Position numbers and translations under genes: made by a program. Under the pieces are notes generated by a model. It had not been told where the DNA came from. It made no database searches and saw only the letters and a program-made list of their open reading frames with translations. A stretch of DNA of 64,000 nt. Source: Vicugna vicugna. Lineage: Eukaryota. The stretch covers positions 175,852-239,851 of the forward strand of contig MU057822.1 in NCBI GenBank assembly GCA_013265495.1, read 5' to 3'. This document shows, in pieces, positions 1 through 10,455 of this stretch (positions are counted from its first letter, which is position 1; every line of letters begins with the position of its first letter).

Positions 1-1585
1 GTTGGGGGGGGGTATGATCTGTTCCATCAGCCCTAGGACACTAACACAAACAGCCACGTCCATTTCTCATCCAGATTCTGTGAAGGAGCTGAGTTAGAGG
101 AGGAAGGTGAGCCGAGAAAGGGGAGGTGACTCGCCCAGGAACACACAGCCAGTTAAGGCCTGAAGTGGGATGGAGTCCTGTTTTTTCTCCACTTTTTCAA
201 GCTGCTGTGGGACTTCTAGGACTCAGTCTTTGCCTCCAGGGAGATAAGAATCTAACTGTAGAGCCAAGACAAATATAGGTATCCTTTGATGCATTCATTC
301 ATTCACTCGCTGGAGGCTTCCTGAGCACCCACTGTGTGCCAGCTGGCGGGAGAGATGTTCAAGTCCATTAACAGTACCAGGCAGTCTCCAGGGGCAACAG
401 GAAACAGAGCTGAAGAGCACCAGCTTTGAAGTCTGAATCCTGGCTCTGCTACTCGTTAGCTGTGTGACCTTGGACAAGTTATTTACCCACTCTGATCTTC
501 CATCTCCTCATTTGAAGGACAGGAATACTAGGGTTTATTATCATAAAACCTCAGACGGTTTGTCACATAAGATGCTTAGCTCAGGGACCAAACTAAAGTT
601 ACAGCTTAAGAAGCAACAATGAGAAAAGGGAAGGCAGCCATGGGCAGAGGGCCCAGCTTGGGCAAAGGCAGACAAGGGAAAGGGGCAGAGGACATTCTGG
701 AACTTACGCAAAGTTCTCTCTGGGCATCAGGGAGGGAGGGAGAGGCAAGAGAAGAGGCTAGGGAGAGGGGGTAGTGTCCCTGAGGCCTCAGGGCAGAACA
801 CAGAGCCCTGAGGAACTCGGAGGAGCACATCGAGGCAGGATCAGGGAGGAGGAGGGGTCTGTAAGGAGTCTGAAACGCATCAGACAGAGGAGGAAACTGG
901 GCTAGAGGGCTTTAAAGAGGAGGCGGGAGCAAGTAAGAGGACTGAGATGTTCGCTCTCCATCAGGGGGTCATGAGGCCCTGGAGAACGGGGTCAGGTGGT
1001 GGAACAGGAGCACAGCAGGGTGAGGGGGACAGGGAGTGGGCGGGCAGTCCCAGGGCTGAGTGCCTGCCCTCCATGTGGCTTCTGCTCTCCCCCCAGCCCA
1101 CTCTGCCAGCAGCTTTCCCAGGGCTGTCAGTGCCTTAAAAGAGGCAGAGAACACACGAACGCCTGTGAAATCCCTAAACCCGGTTAAGTGATGAATCATC
1201 CCAGTGCCTCAGTCTGCCCTCTGTAAAATGGGATGACCCACACTACGGGTCCCTCCAAAGGAAGGTTGCTAAGAATCCCAACGTCTCACAGGCCCCACAG
1301 AAGCCTCACTCACCCCAAGTGCCTTCTGGATCCCCAGTGTAGGCCAAGAGTTGGAAGACAGGGACTGGGGCCCAGAGAGGACAAGGGAGCTGCCTGTGGC
1401 CATTCAGTGCAGCACAGCTCAGCCCGAGCTAGAACCAGGCCAGCCACCTGCCAGAGGAGCCCCAAGCCCTGGTGTCTTCACAGAGCTCTGTAAGCCCACA
1501 CAAACTGAGTCTGGGGGCTCAGAACTTCCCGAGAACTTCCCCACCAAGAGCCCCCCACCCAGCCTGGGTGCCAGAGGCCCCTCAC

Positions 1586-1738
1586 CTGTCCAAGCTGTTG
1601 CACGGCCCCAGAAAGCAGGGAAACTGCAGCCCGTGCACCATACGGGCCTCGAATAAAAACTTGGGGGCCCAGAAGCCCAGGGCTCCAGTCACAAAGGCCA
1701 CGGCTGTCAGTCCAAAGTTCGAACACACAAAACTCCAA
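1586..1738 (-). pseudogene. SPNS3: SPNS3 exon 7 (153 nt, frame intact)
   Basis: ttgcag/TTGGAG...GGACAG/gtgagg; encodes (N)WSFVCSNFGLTAVAFVTGALGFWAPKFLFEARMVHGLQFPCFLGPCNSLD. Confidence 0.92.
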
Positions 1739-2557
1739 CTGCAAGAGAAAGTGCTCTGGCTGGAGCTGGCAGAGGGCTGGGGCTGGGGCTGGGGGGGTCC
1801 TGTCTGCTTCTGCTCGCTCCCCTCCCCTCTCTCCTGGGTACTCGGTCACCCTGGCACTCGGGTGGCTCCAGGCTCCACATCCTCCCCGACACTCATTAAG
1901 AAGCCCTCCTCCCTCCTCTCTGCAGGAGCAACTCTCCCCAGCCTGAAAGGCTCAAATCCAACATAATATTGTCCATCCAGCAAGATGTCCCTGTTGCCTC
2001 ACTTTCCTCTAAGTACCCTCCACTCGGCTCATGGCTCTGTAACCAAGAGAGTGGGGGTCCTCTCCATGCCCCACATTTTGGTAAATCATGAGACCTGGGC
2101 ATGCAAGTGACTCCTGCCTGCCTCCCCAACCATGCCTAGAATAGAGAGGGATGCACTCCCATGAGGCTTGGAGAGGTAAGTGATTCACCCCGGCATCTTC
2201 CCAGCCACCCTGAGAAGCTGGCAAGGCTAGAGAATTATGTCCATTGAATCAATGAGGGAAGTGAGGTTCCAAGTCTCAGGTCACTCAGGGATAAGGCAGA
2301 GGCAGAGCCAAGGTTGGAGCTCACGCCGCCTTCCTCCCTCCCTCCCTCCCAGCCCACATTCTGTCACATGGCGAGGTGAAGGGGGCCTCCAAGTCGGGGA
2401 GGGACATCTCAGTTGGTGAATGGGAGCTCAGAGGAGGAAGAAGGTTGTGAATGTTGGGACAGTCAGGGAGGGCTCCCTGGAGGCAGAGGGAGGTCAGTGA
2501 TTCTAGGTCAGACATAGGGGTTTTCAGTGACATGAAGGGAGAAGCAGGGACACTCAC

Positions 2558-2706
2558 TTTCTCCCCAGGTATCTGACATCTTCATACCAGCTGCTCTTTG
2601 GGCCCCCCACGGCCATTACCCCCTGCTTCTCAGCAGCTCCCCGGGGTGGGTTTGGAACCAGCACGATAAGAAGGATCAAGGCCAAGACTTCCAGGGGAGA
2701 CATGAC
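2558..2706 (-). pseudogene. SPNS3: SPNS3 exon 6 (149 nt, frame intact)
   Basis: ccccag/GTCATG...AGAAA/gtgagt; encodes VMSPLEVLALILLIVLVPNPPRGAAEKQGVMAVGGPKSSWYEDVRYLGR. Confidence 0.92.
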
Positions 2707-3455
2707 CTGGGGATAGGAAGGTCCAGGAAGCTCAGGGTCACACACTCCTGCAACCCAGGAGATCCCTTGGGTGGCTGAACTCTGTGGTCCAGGCTCTTGG
2801 GATGCTCTGTGCCCTGGAGGCGGGGGGTGGGCAAGGGGGGAGAGGGACTCATTTCCCCGGGGTTGGTTATGCACAGAGCTTAACATACCACTGCTCCCAA
2901 CCCCTCACTCTGAGTACAGCCTCTCTGGGGAGTGGGGTGCCCTTGGTACTTGACTTAATACCCGTTTGTCCTGTACAGACGCTACTATTGGGAGCAGTGA
3001 GCCTGACATGGTGAAGAGCTAGAGGCCTGACTACCCTGGCCCTGACTGCTGAGGACTTGCTGCTCCAATAACTGTCCCTTTTCCCGGTCCACGCCTCCAC
3101 CTGCCAGGCCAGCCCTGCCCTAGTGTCCTTCCATCCCTGTCTCACAAATCCTCAAGATTCCATAAGGCAGCCTTTACTCCCCCCCACTCTACAGATAGGC
3201 AAAGTGAGGCCCCGAAGAGGGAGGGGACTAGCCTGAGGTCACACAGCTAGCCAACTGAGCAGCTGGGATTTGATCCCAGGGGCACGACTTCCAGAGGCCA
3301 CGTTCCATACGAGGCCCCCAGTGTCTGAAGCTGCTGACATCTGAGCACCCCCCACGGCGCCAGGTACTGTGCCAAGGGGCTAAGGCCACTAGAGGCTGGA
3401 AAGTCCCTGCTGGCCCAGTGGGAAAACAGAGGGAAGAAAAGGAAACTGGACTCAC

Positions 3456-3523
3456 TCGGAGGGCCCAACGCCAGTTCCCGGTCAGCTCCGTCACAAGCCG
3501 ACCCCAGCACATAGCCCAGACCA
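3456..3523 (-). pseudogene. SPNS3: SPNS3 exon 5 (68 nt; +1 frameshift)
   Basis: ctgcag/TGGTCTG...CTCCGA/gtgagt; SGLGYVLGSA and VTELTGNWRWALR lie in different frames, joined by GCT-t-GTG. Confidence 0.92.
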
Positions 3524-4240
3524 CTGCAGCAGAGGGGCGGGGAAACAGCAGTGAGGGGAAGGAGGCAGGCCCGGGGCCCCAAGACCAACCTAAGCGAGGG
3601 TGCGCCCACCCTAGGGAGCCAGCTCTCTGCAGCTCATGGCCATTTCACTGGGAAGAGTGAGCCATGTGAGACCCAGATGGCCACTGCCCTTGGTCAAGTC
3701 ACTGGTGACCTCTGGCTCCAGGCCCAGCCCCAGCACCACTGTGCACTGTCTCCCAATATGAGGACCATGCACCTCCCCAAGGCTCAGCCCTGCCCCAGTG
3801 AGGCGATTTCAGGAAACCTGAGTCAGAGCTCAGGGTCCTGACTGCAAATCCCATTCTGCCCCACCCCACTGTGGGGTACACGCCCGACCCCAACACACTT
3901 CCCTGCCTCCCCTCCCAGAGCCGGCCCCTCCCTGAGCAGGCCGTACGGCCAGGCTGCACTATCTCACCCCTTCCTGGGGTGGACTAGCAGGTAGGGAGCA
4001 TCCTCATTATGTATCTCTAACTCCCACCATAGCCCATCGGTCAATGTTACTGGCGCCATTTTTACAGATGAGGAAACTGAGGCTCAGAGAGCTAAAGGGA
4101 CACAGGGAGGAAGGGGTAGAGTTGAGATTCCAAACCTAGCCCTCCTGCTCTGACGTCTCCTCCACCCAGCCCAGCCCCTGTTCTGACTCCTCTGGGCCTC
4201 AGTGTACCACCCAGGGAAGTGGATCCAGAGTAATACCAAC

Positions 4241-4392
4241 CTTCCAACAGCAATAAAGATATAGAAGATGGTCAGCACTTGGGTCCGCTGGTCCCTCACG
4301 AAGAGGTCACACAGGATGGTGGGCGCAATGATGGAGGAGCTGGCCGTGCCGATGCCCACCAGTCCCCGGGACAGGAAGAAGAGCCAGGAGTA
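4241..4392 (-). pseudogene. SPNS3: SPNS3 exon 4 (152 nt, frame intact)
   Basis: gcccag/TACTCC...GGAAG/gttggt; encodes [50 protein letters not shown]. Confidence 0.92.
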
Positions 4393-4863
4393 CTGGGCAG
4401 ATGGGGACAATACCACAGTGAGTTCCAGAAATCACACCAGGAGGATTGTTCTCAGAGGGACAGAGGGCATCTGGTAGCACGAGCCCCAGGAGAGGAGGAG
4501 GTGTCAGGGCTCCAGACACCTCACCATCCTCCCAGTCCAGGTTCCCCAAATCACACGGGTGCCCCCTGCTGGAGCCCACAGCTGCTACCTGCCCCCCACC
4601 GCCCAAAGGAGCTCTCTTCCTGGGCATCGTCTTGGCTAACCAGGCCAGTTCCCGCAGACGGGAGCGATTACCCTCACCTCTAGCCCCAGCACAGCCAGGC
4701 AGAAATAAAGCCACGGTGCCAGAGAGGAAGGCCTCTGTTAAGAAAGTCCAACGGGCTTCTCTCAGCCCTGGAATGCCCCGCCTGGCTCAGCAGGGGCTGG
4801 ATCAGGGAGGAAGCAGTTTGGGGAGGGTCCCCCAGGGGCTTGGGCAGGGGTGAGAGCACCTAC

Positions 4864-5002
4864 CTGGGGGGGGGGATGAAGGAACTGGAGAGGCCTGCTC
4901 CTGACCAGAACAGGATACCGAAGCTCAGCACGGCCTTGCGGTTGTGCCGGTCGCCCAGGTAGCCAAACAGGGGCGCAGACAGCGTCAGGCAGCTGATGAA
5001 GA
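4864..5002 (-). pseudogene. SPNS3: SPNS3 exon 3 (139 nt; +2 frameshift in a C10 run)
   Basis: ctccag/TCTTCATC...CCCCAG/gtaggt; encodes [43 protein letters not shown], including MFS motif A. Ends in phase 2, while exon 4 needs phase 0. Confidence 0.92.
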
Positions 5003-6436
5003 CTGGAGGAGACATGCAAGGGACAGCCTGCAGCCCCCCAATAAAGGCGGGGAGCAGATGGGCCCAGCAGGCTCAGAGAAGGGAACTGGCTCAGATACTT
5101 AAGCTTGGCAGTGAGTGGAGGCCAGAAGGAAGAAAAATAAGGTGAATCCCCAATCTCCATCATTGCCCAGTCAGGAGGACTGGGAGGGAAGTGTACGGGC
5201 TGGGCCTAGGCTCAAAACCCAGGCTGCTCGCTCACTGTGCAACCTTGAGTTACTAATTCCACCTCTCTGAGCATCAGCCCAACACTGGAGAAGTCAACAT
5301 CCCCCTATGAGGCTCTGCAAAGGTGAGACTACAGTGACACAGAACATCATCCCCCAAGGCATGGAGCTGCTAGTGCGGGGTCTTTAGGAGAATTTCAGCC
5401 CGCTGTGAGCAGGATGTTGGGACTAGTCTGATTTTGCTCTCAAGCCTCTGCTGGAGGTTGGGGGGGGGGTGGAAGGCAAGGGGAGGGGGAGGCTGCAGGT
5501 GCCACCTTTGAGCAGACAAGTACAGTTTAGAATGAGCGCAGTGTTTATAAACCTGTGGTCCCTGGAGGCTGGAAAAGAGTTGGTTTTCCTAAAGCTGGTA
5601 AAATATTCCCCTGATGCTGCTGTTGTACTTATACATGTTTTTTTTTTTTAAGTAAAGGCTTACGAATTGGCCTCCGGACTAATGAGTGCGTTTGCTATTC
5701 TGCGAAGACGAAGAAACTGCCACGTTTTTTCTTGACTGTACCACGTGGATAATTACCCTCACTGCTTCGGTTCAAATAAAAAACGCCTCCACCCTCCTCG
5801 GTGTGTCCTTGGCCTCCGAGAGCCGGCAGGTGGCGAGGGGCAGTCTGACCCCTCCTCCACCCGGTCGCACCAACCGAGGCCCTTAGGCTGTGAAGGCCCC
5901 GCCCAGCTCCAGGGTCTCCATTCATTGAACACTGATGATTGACACTTCCTGAGCCCAATGAGTGTTCAGACTCTTCCCAGCTCATCCCACTCCGCCCTGA
6001 CCCGCTCCGTTATTGGGTTGAGCCCCGCGCAATTGCGGAAATTAGGCCAGTTTTGACCTACAAAAACGACAACTTAATATGGCTTGGCCTAATACTCCAC
6101 AGAGAATGGTCTTTGGTGTCAACGGCATTTAAAAATTTAACAGCTACTGCCAAAACAGGCCTCCAAAAAGGCTGTATCAATTTACACTTGCGTAGAAATG
6201 GAGTACATATATGCCAGCACCCTTGCTGAAATTTGATAGGATCAATCGATTTGTGTTCATTTAATGGTTGAATAACAAATAGCGTCTCGCTGACGTTTTG
6301 ATCTGCATTGTCCTTATTCACAGTAAGGCTGAGCAGCAGTTCCTGGGTTCACATCTGCCCATTTTTCAATTGGGCTGTTTGTTAATAATTTCTCCCAGTC
6401 CTTTATATTTGTTTTAAGGATTTAAAATGCAAATTC

Positions 6437-6581
6437 GGAGGTGGGAGGGTATAGCTCAGTGACAGAGCGCATGCTCAGCATGCACAAGACCCTAGGTTCA
6501 ATCCCCAGTACCTCCTTTTAAAAAATATTATAAATAAATAAACCAAATTACCTCCCCCCCAAAAAAAGTTTTAAAATAAAA
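6437..6581 (+). mobile_element. tRNA-Ala-derived SINE (Vic-1-like)
   Basis: A/B-box head, A-rich tail; TSD taaaa(t/c)gcaaattc at 6423-6436 and 6582-6595. Confidence 0.9.
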
Positions 6582-7104
6582 TAAAACGCAAATTCTGCGA
6601 CTAAATACCTAGGCTCACATCCTGACCCCACCACTTCCTAGCTGTGTGACCTTGGGCAAATTCCTTAACTCTCCCGTTCCCCTTTTATCAACTGCACAGT
6701 AAGATATTAATAGTCCTAAAATAAAGCATCTAAAAGGCAGTGATACGCTTTATGTAAATACTCAACAAAGTTACCTGTTACTATTGCTAATTGCTTTTAT
6801 AATTTCAATCACCATCATACAGAAGAATTTAGCTTTGAGGTAGTCAAATTTATCAGTCTTCTTCAGGGGAGGTTATTTCGTGTCTTGTTAATGCATATCT
6901 ACTTTACCTAAAGATTATAAAATATTTCCCCAAATCTTCTAATGCTTTTATGAGACTTGGGGCAAGAATCCTTTATAGGTTATAAACACCTTAAACCTGC
7001 AGATCTCCTGGGGTGGAGAAGCCTACACCCAGGGGGAAGGCAGGCACCCCTTCACTCCCAGCATCTCCAGATTCACATTTCTGTCACAAGGTGGGAGTAA
7101 TTAA

Positions 7105-7355
7105 GGAGCACAGGGCTAAGGGAAGGACGCTATAGGCAGCTACCTGGATTTGAATCCCAACTCTGTGACTTACTAGCTGTATGACCTTCAGCAAGCCCCA
7201 CAGCCTCTCTGTGCCTCAGGTACGTCATCCGTAAAATGGGCATAATAATAATCCCTGGCTCGAGGGCTTGTTGTGAAGATTAAATGAGTTAATGTTACAA
7301 AGCACTTAGAATAGTGGCACATGGTCAGGGTCACATCAGTGTTTGTTAAATACTG
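7105..7355. mobile_element. MIR SINE (one of several; others near 410-600, 3170-3290, 4050-4130, 6600-6780, 14120-14325)
   Basis: MIR core tactagctgtatgaccttcagcaag...ctctgtgcctcag...gtaaaatgggcataataat...ttgtgaagattaaatgag. Confidence 0.8.
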
Positions 7356-8627
7356 TAAATCAATTAACGGAGTCTAGTAGCTTCTCGGTCCCGTGGTGGT
7401 GGCGGGGGAGGGTTGTCTGACCACTGCTTCCACCCACCTTCCACCCCACTCTTATAGCTTGATGAGCCCTCTGAGTCATCAGTTTCCTCTATTCTGCAGC
7501 CCTGCGGACAGACAGCAGAGTGGGTCTCAGGGCCTTTGCACAGTGACCCAGAAAGGTGAAAAGACTGACCTGAGGTCACCCAGGACAAGCCTGGTCATCT
7601 GGCCTCCAAGCCCACTGTCCTTTCCACACGCCTTTTTGGGCTGCCTCTGCAGAGAAGACCCTTCCCTTCATCCAGTCTCAAACACACACACTCACACACA
7701 CACCTCCCCACCACACACTCATAAACACATCCTTGCATTCACATGCTCGCTCACTCTCATACACACAAACTTCTCCCTCCCTGCAGCTCACTTATCAGGG
7801 GCCTTGTAGTAGTAATCCTGCTCACCACGGTAAGAAGCAGGGCATGGAAATGTTGACTCAGCTACCATTATCTGTTCAGTCTAGAAGGTTGTGGGTATTG
7901 AGCCGAGAGACTCTCTTTGGCTACAAATATGACTGGGAGAGCAGCACCAGCTGCCGGCCTCAGCTCGGAGATAGGAGTAATTGGAAAAAAACCATGATCT
8001 ATCATGATCTACTAACTCTTTTGCTCGGTGCCTATTAAAGAAGTTTGTAGAACTGTGTACCCCTTCACACATTTTTGGCTGACATCTAAAATGTTTTTAT
8101 CGTCAGTTTAAATAGGGGCAAAGGATGTGATTTCTAGCATTCTTGTATTTTTTTTTAACTATATTGTCATCCAAATCCTTAGGGCTGCAGATTGAGTTCA
8201 TTCAGTTTATGGGAAATGTCCATGCTAGAGGCTAAGGGGCAAAGCCAGTCCTCATTTGCCAAATCAATCAAACAAATCAGACTGGTTGTCTGTAAGAGAG
8301 ATATTAAACTGTTGGCTCCATTTTTTTTATTGAAATAAATGTGTTGATACCCATCCCTGAGACAACCATCTCATTTATGAATTCTCAGTTATAGATTAAT
8401 AGTAGACTGTCACACTCCAGCGGGACAGCTAGATAAGGCTTGGCGCCTCACCATCCTGGGTTTGTGTGGCCTGGAGGAAACATCTCCAGTCAGTGTCTAC
8501 CGATGCTCTCTCTGTCCTGCTCCCGGGGCCTTGTCAGCAGAGGCCTAGCCGCCATGATGGGCCCCTCTGTCCAGCACCCGGGAGATTTTTACATCCCAGG
8601 GCAGTGTACCATATTAAAACTCAGAAA

Positions 8628-8760
8628 GGAGGGAGGGTACAGCTCAGTGGTAGAGCACGTGCTTAGCAAGCACGAGGTTCTGGGTTCAATCTCCAGTACC
8701 TCCACTATAATAAATAAGTAAATAAATAAACCTAATTACCTCCCCCCCCCGCAAACAAAC
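8628..8760 (+). mobile_element. tRNA-Ala-derived SINE (Vic-1-like)
   Basis: Same head and tail; TSD aaaactcagaaa at 8616-8627 and 8761-8772. Confidence 0.9.
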
Positions 8761-8828
8761 AAAACTCAGAAAAGGGGAGAGATGTTTGGCACTTTTTCCT
8801 GCCAAAAGTGGTGGGCAGGGGATTATTA

Positions 8829-8984
8829 TTTTTCTGTCTGGGTTTTTTGTTGTTGTTGTTGTTGTTTTTGGTAGGGGAAGGTAATTAGGTATATTTCTTT
8901 ATTTTTAGAGGAGGTACTGGGGATTGAACCCAGGACCTCATGCATGCTAAGCATGCTCTCTACCATTTGAGCTGTAGCTTCCTC
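8829..8984 (-). mobile_element. tRNA-Ala-derived SINE (Vic-1-like)
   Basis: Reverse complement of the same consensus, with a (GTT)n tail. Confidence 0.88.
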
Positions 8985-9758
8985 AAGTGGACAGGTGATT
9001 ATTAAAGGGGAGGTGGGAAAGAAGAACCAGAGGCTTGTTCTCTGACAGATATATTTTAAGAAAATAGAAGATCTGGACATGGATTCTCTCAAAACTGGAG
9101 CGAGCATACGTGAATCCTGTGTTGTGACAGTGCGTGCACACATGTGGGCACGTGCGTGTGCATGTGTGTGTCCCCCATCCGGGCACCCACAGGGGAAAGG
9201 TTAGTGCCTCATGCCCCAACCACCACCCACCTTGAAGGGGAAGGTCTGATTGCTCCCCACTGCTGGACAGTAGGCCCCAGTGGGCCCAGACCTCATCTGA
9301 GCCCGTGCAGAGTGCACGTGTCTCTGTCCGTCTCCTGGTCATCAGGTTTTTCAGGTCCGTGAGAAGAAAGCACACACGAGGATTTGTCAACCCCCAGCTA
9401 GTCTCCAGGACAAAGCCCAAACAAACATGAAGAATGAGTGACAAGTCCACAGTCAGGATCTGAAGCTCCGGAGACTTCTCCGGCCCCTCCGCGTCTCCCC
9501 TTGCCGCAGCACTTACCCTCAAACAGTGAGAGGCTGTTCAGGCACCAGATCTCAATCTGTACTACCTCCTTCTCCAACCCAGACTGTCCCTCCCACCCAG
9601 ACACCATGCATCCTCAGTGCCCCCTCCTCTGTGCTGAGGGACTCAGGGAGGCTCAGCCTGGCCCCCTTTTCCCAGCAGCTGGAGCTAGACACTGCAGAAA
9701 AACCCCATCCAGCCCAAGCCCAGGGCCCCGGCTCCAGGGCAGGGGCCTCCCTCCTTAC

Positions 9759-9824
9759 CTGTATGAAGCAAACCAGCAAGGTTCTCACTGAGCTGGAAAT
9801 ACTTCTGTACATCCAGCAGTATTC
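9759..9824 (-). pseudogene. SPNS3: SPNS3 exon 2 (66 nt, frame intact)
   Basis: ccacag/GAATACTG...CATACAG/gtaagg; encodes (G)ILLDVQKYFQLSENLAGLLHT, similar to recalled human GVLLDIQEVFQISDNHAGLLQT. Confidence 0.92.
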
Positions 9825-9974
9825 CTGTGGACAGACAGACAGTGCTCGGGAAGTGGGAATAGCCTGCCAGGCCTCTAACAGCAGCTGCCCCCGCGTTTGG
9901 AACAGGCCCACAGCTGACCAGCACAGCACAGGTGTGACCCCTGGGCCCACCTGTTCTCCCCATTCCCGCCCCCT

Positions 9975-10455
9975 ACATGCATGCGCACAACCACACACAT
10001 GCGCAGACCCAGCTACAGGAGCCGGCACGCAGAGACGTGCGCACATCAAACACACCTGGAAACACACATCCATGCACAAGCATGCATGCCCAGACACAGA
10101 CACACAGTCATGCAGATCCACATAGGTACCTACAAACAGGCATGCCCAGAACCACACACTCACAGAGGCAGAGATACTGATACACACACAGGAGCCTGCA
10201 CGCACCGACATGTAAACCCAGTCTCAACACCCAGACACACATACAGCTAGATGTACACATAGAGACGCCCCACATCAGAGCGACTGGCAACCATCACTTA
10301 GATTACACGGTAAACGGAAGTCCCTGGGATCATGCAACACAGTGGCCCTGCTGGTGTCCAAACTCCAGACAGCCACAGACCTACGTACACACACATGAGC
10401 GTGTACACATAGTCATACGTGCTCTGGCCTGCATGTGTACACACACAAGCACGCT
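9975..10455. repeat. Degenerate CA-rich low-complexity tract in SPNS3 intron 1
   Basis: Dense cacaca/catgca motifs. Confidence 0.7.

Noticed and set aside
4241..5002. Assignment of the exons to SPNS2 or SPNS1
   Set aside because: The peptides and the N-terminus resemble recalled SPNS3 more closely, and SPNS3 is the family member adjacent to UBE2G1.
9526..10290. 199-aa and 219-aa ORFs rich in H/T or C/V
   Set aside because: Produced by the CA-rich tract; only the 66-nt SPNS3 exon 2 within it is supported.
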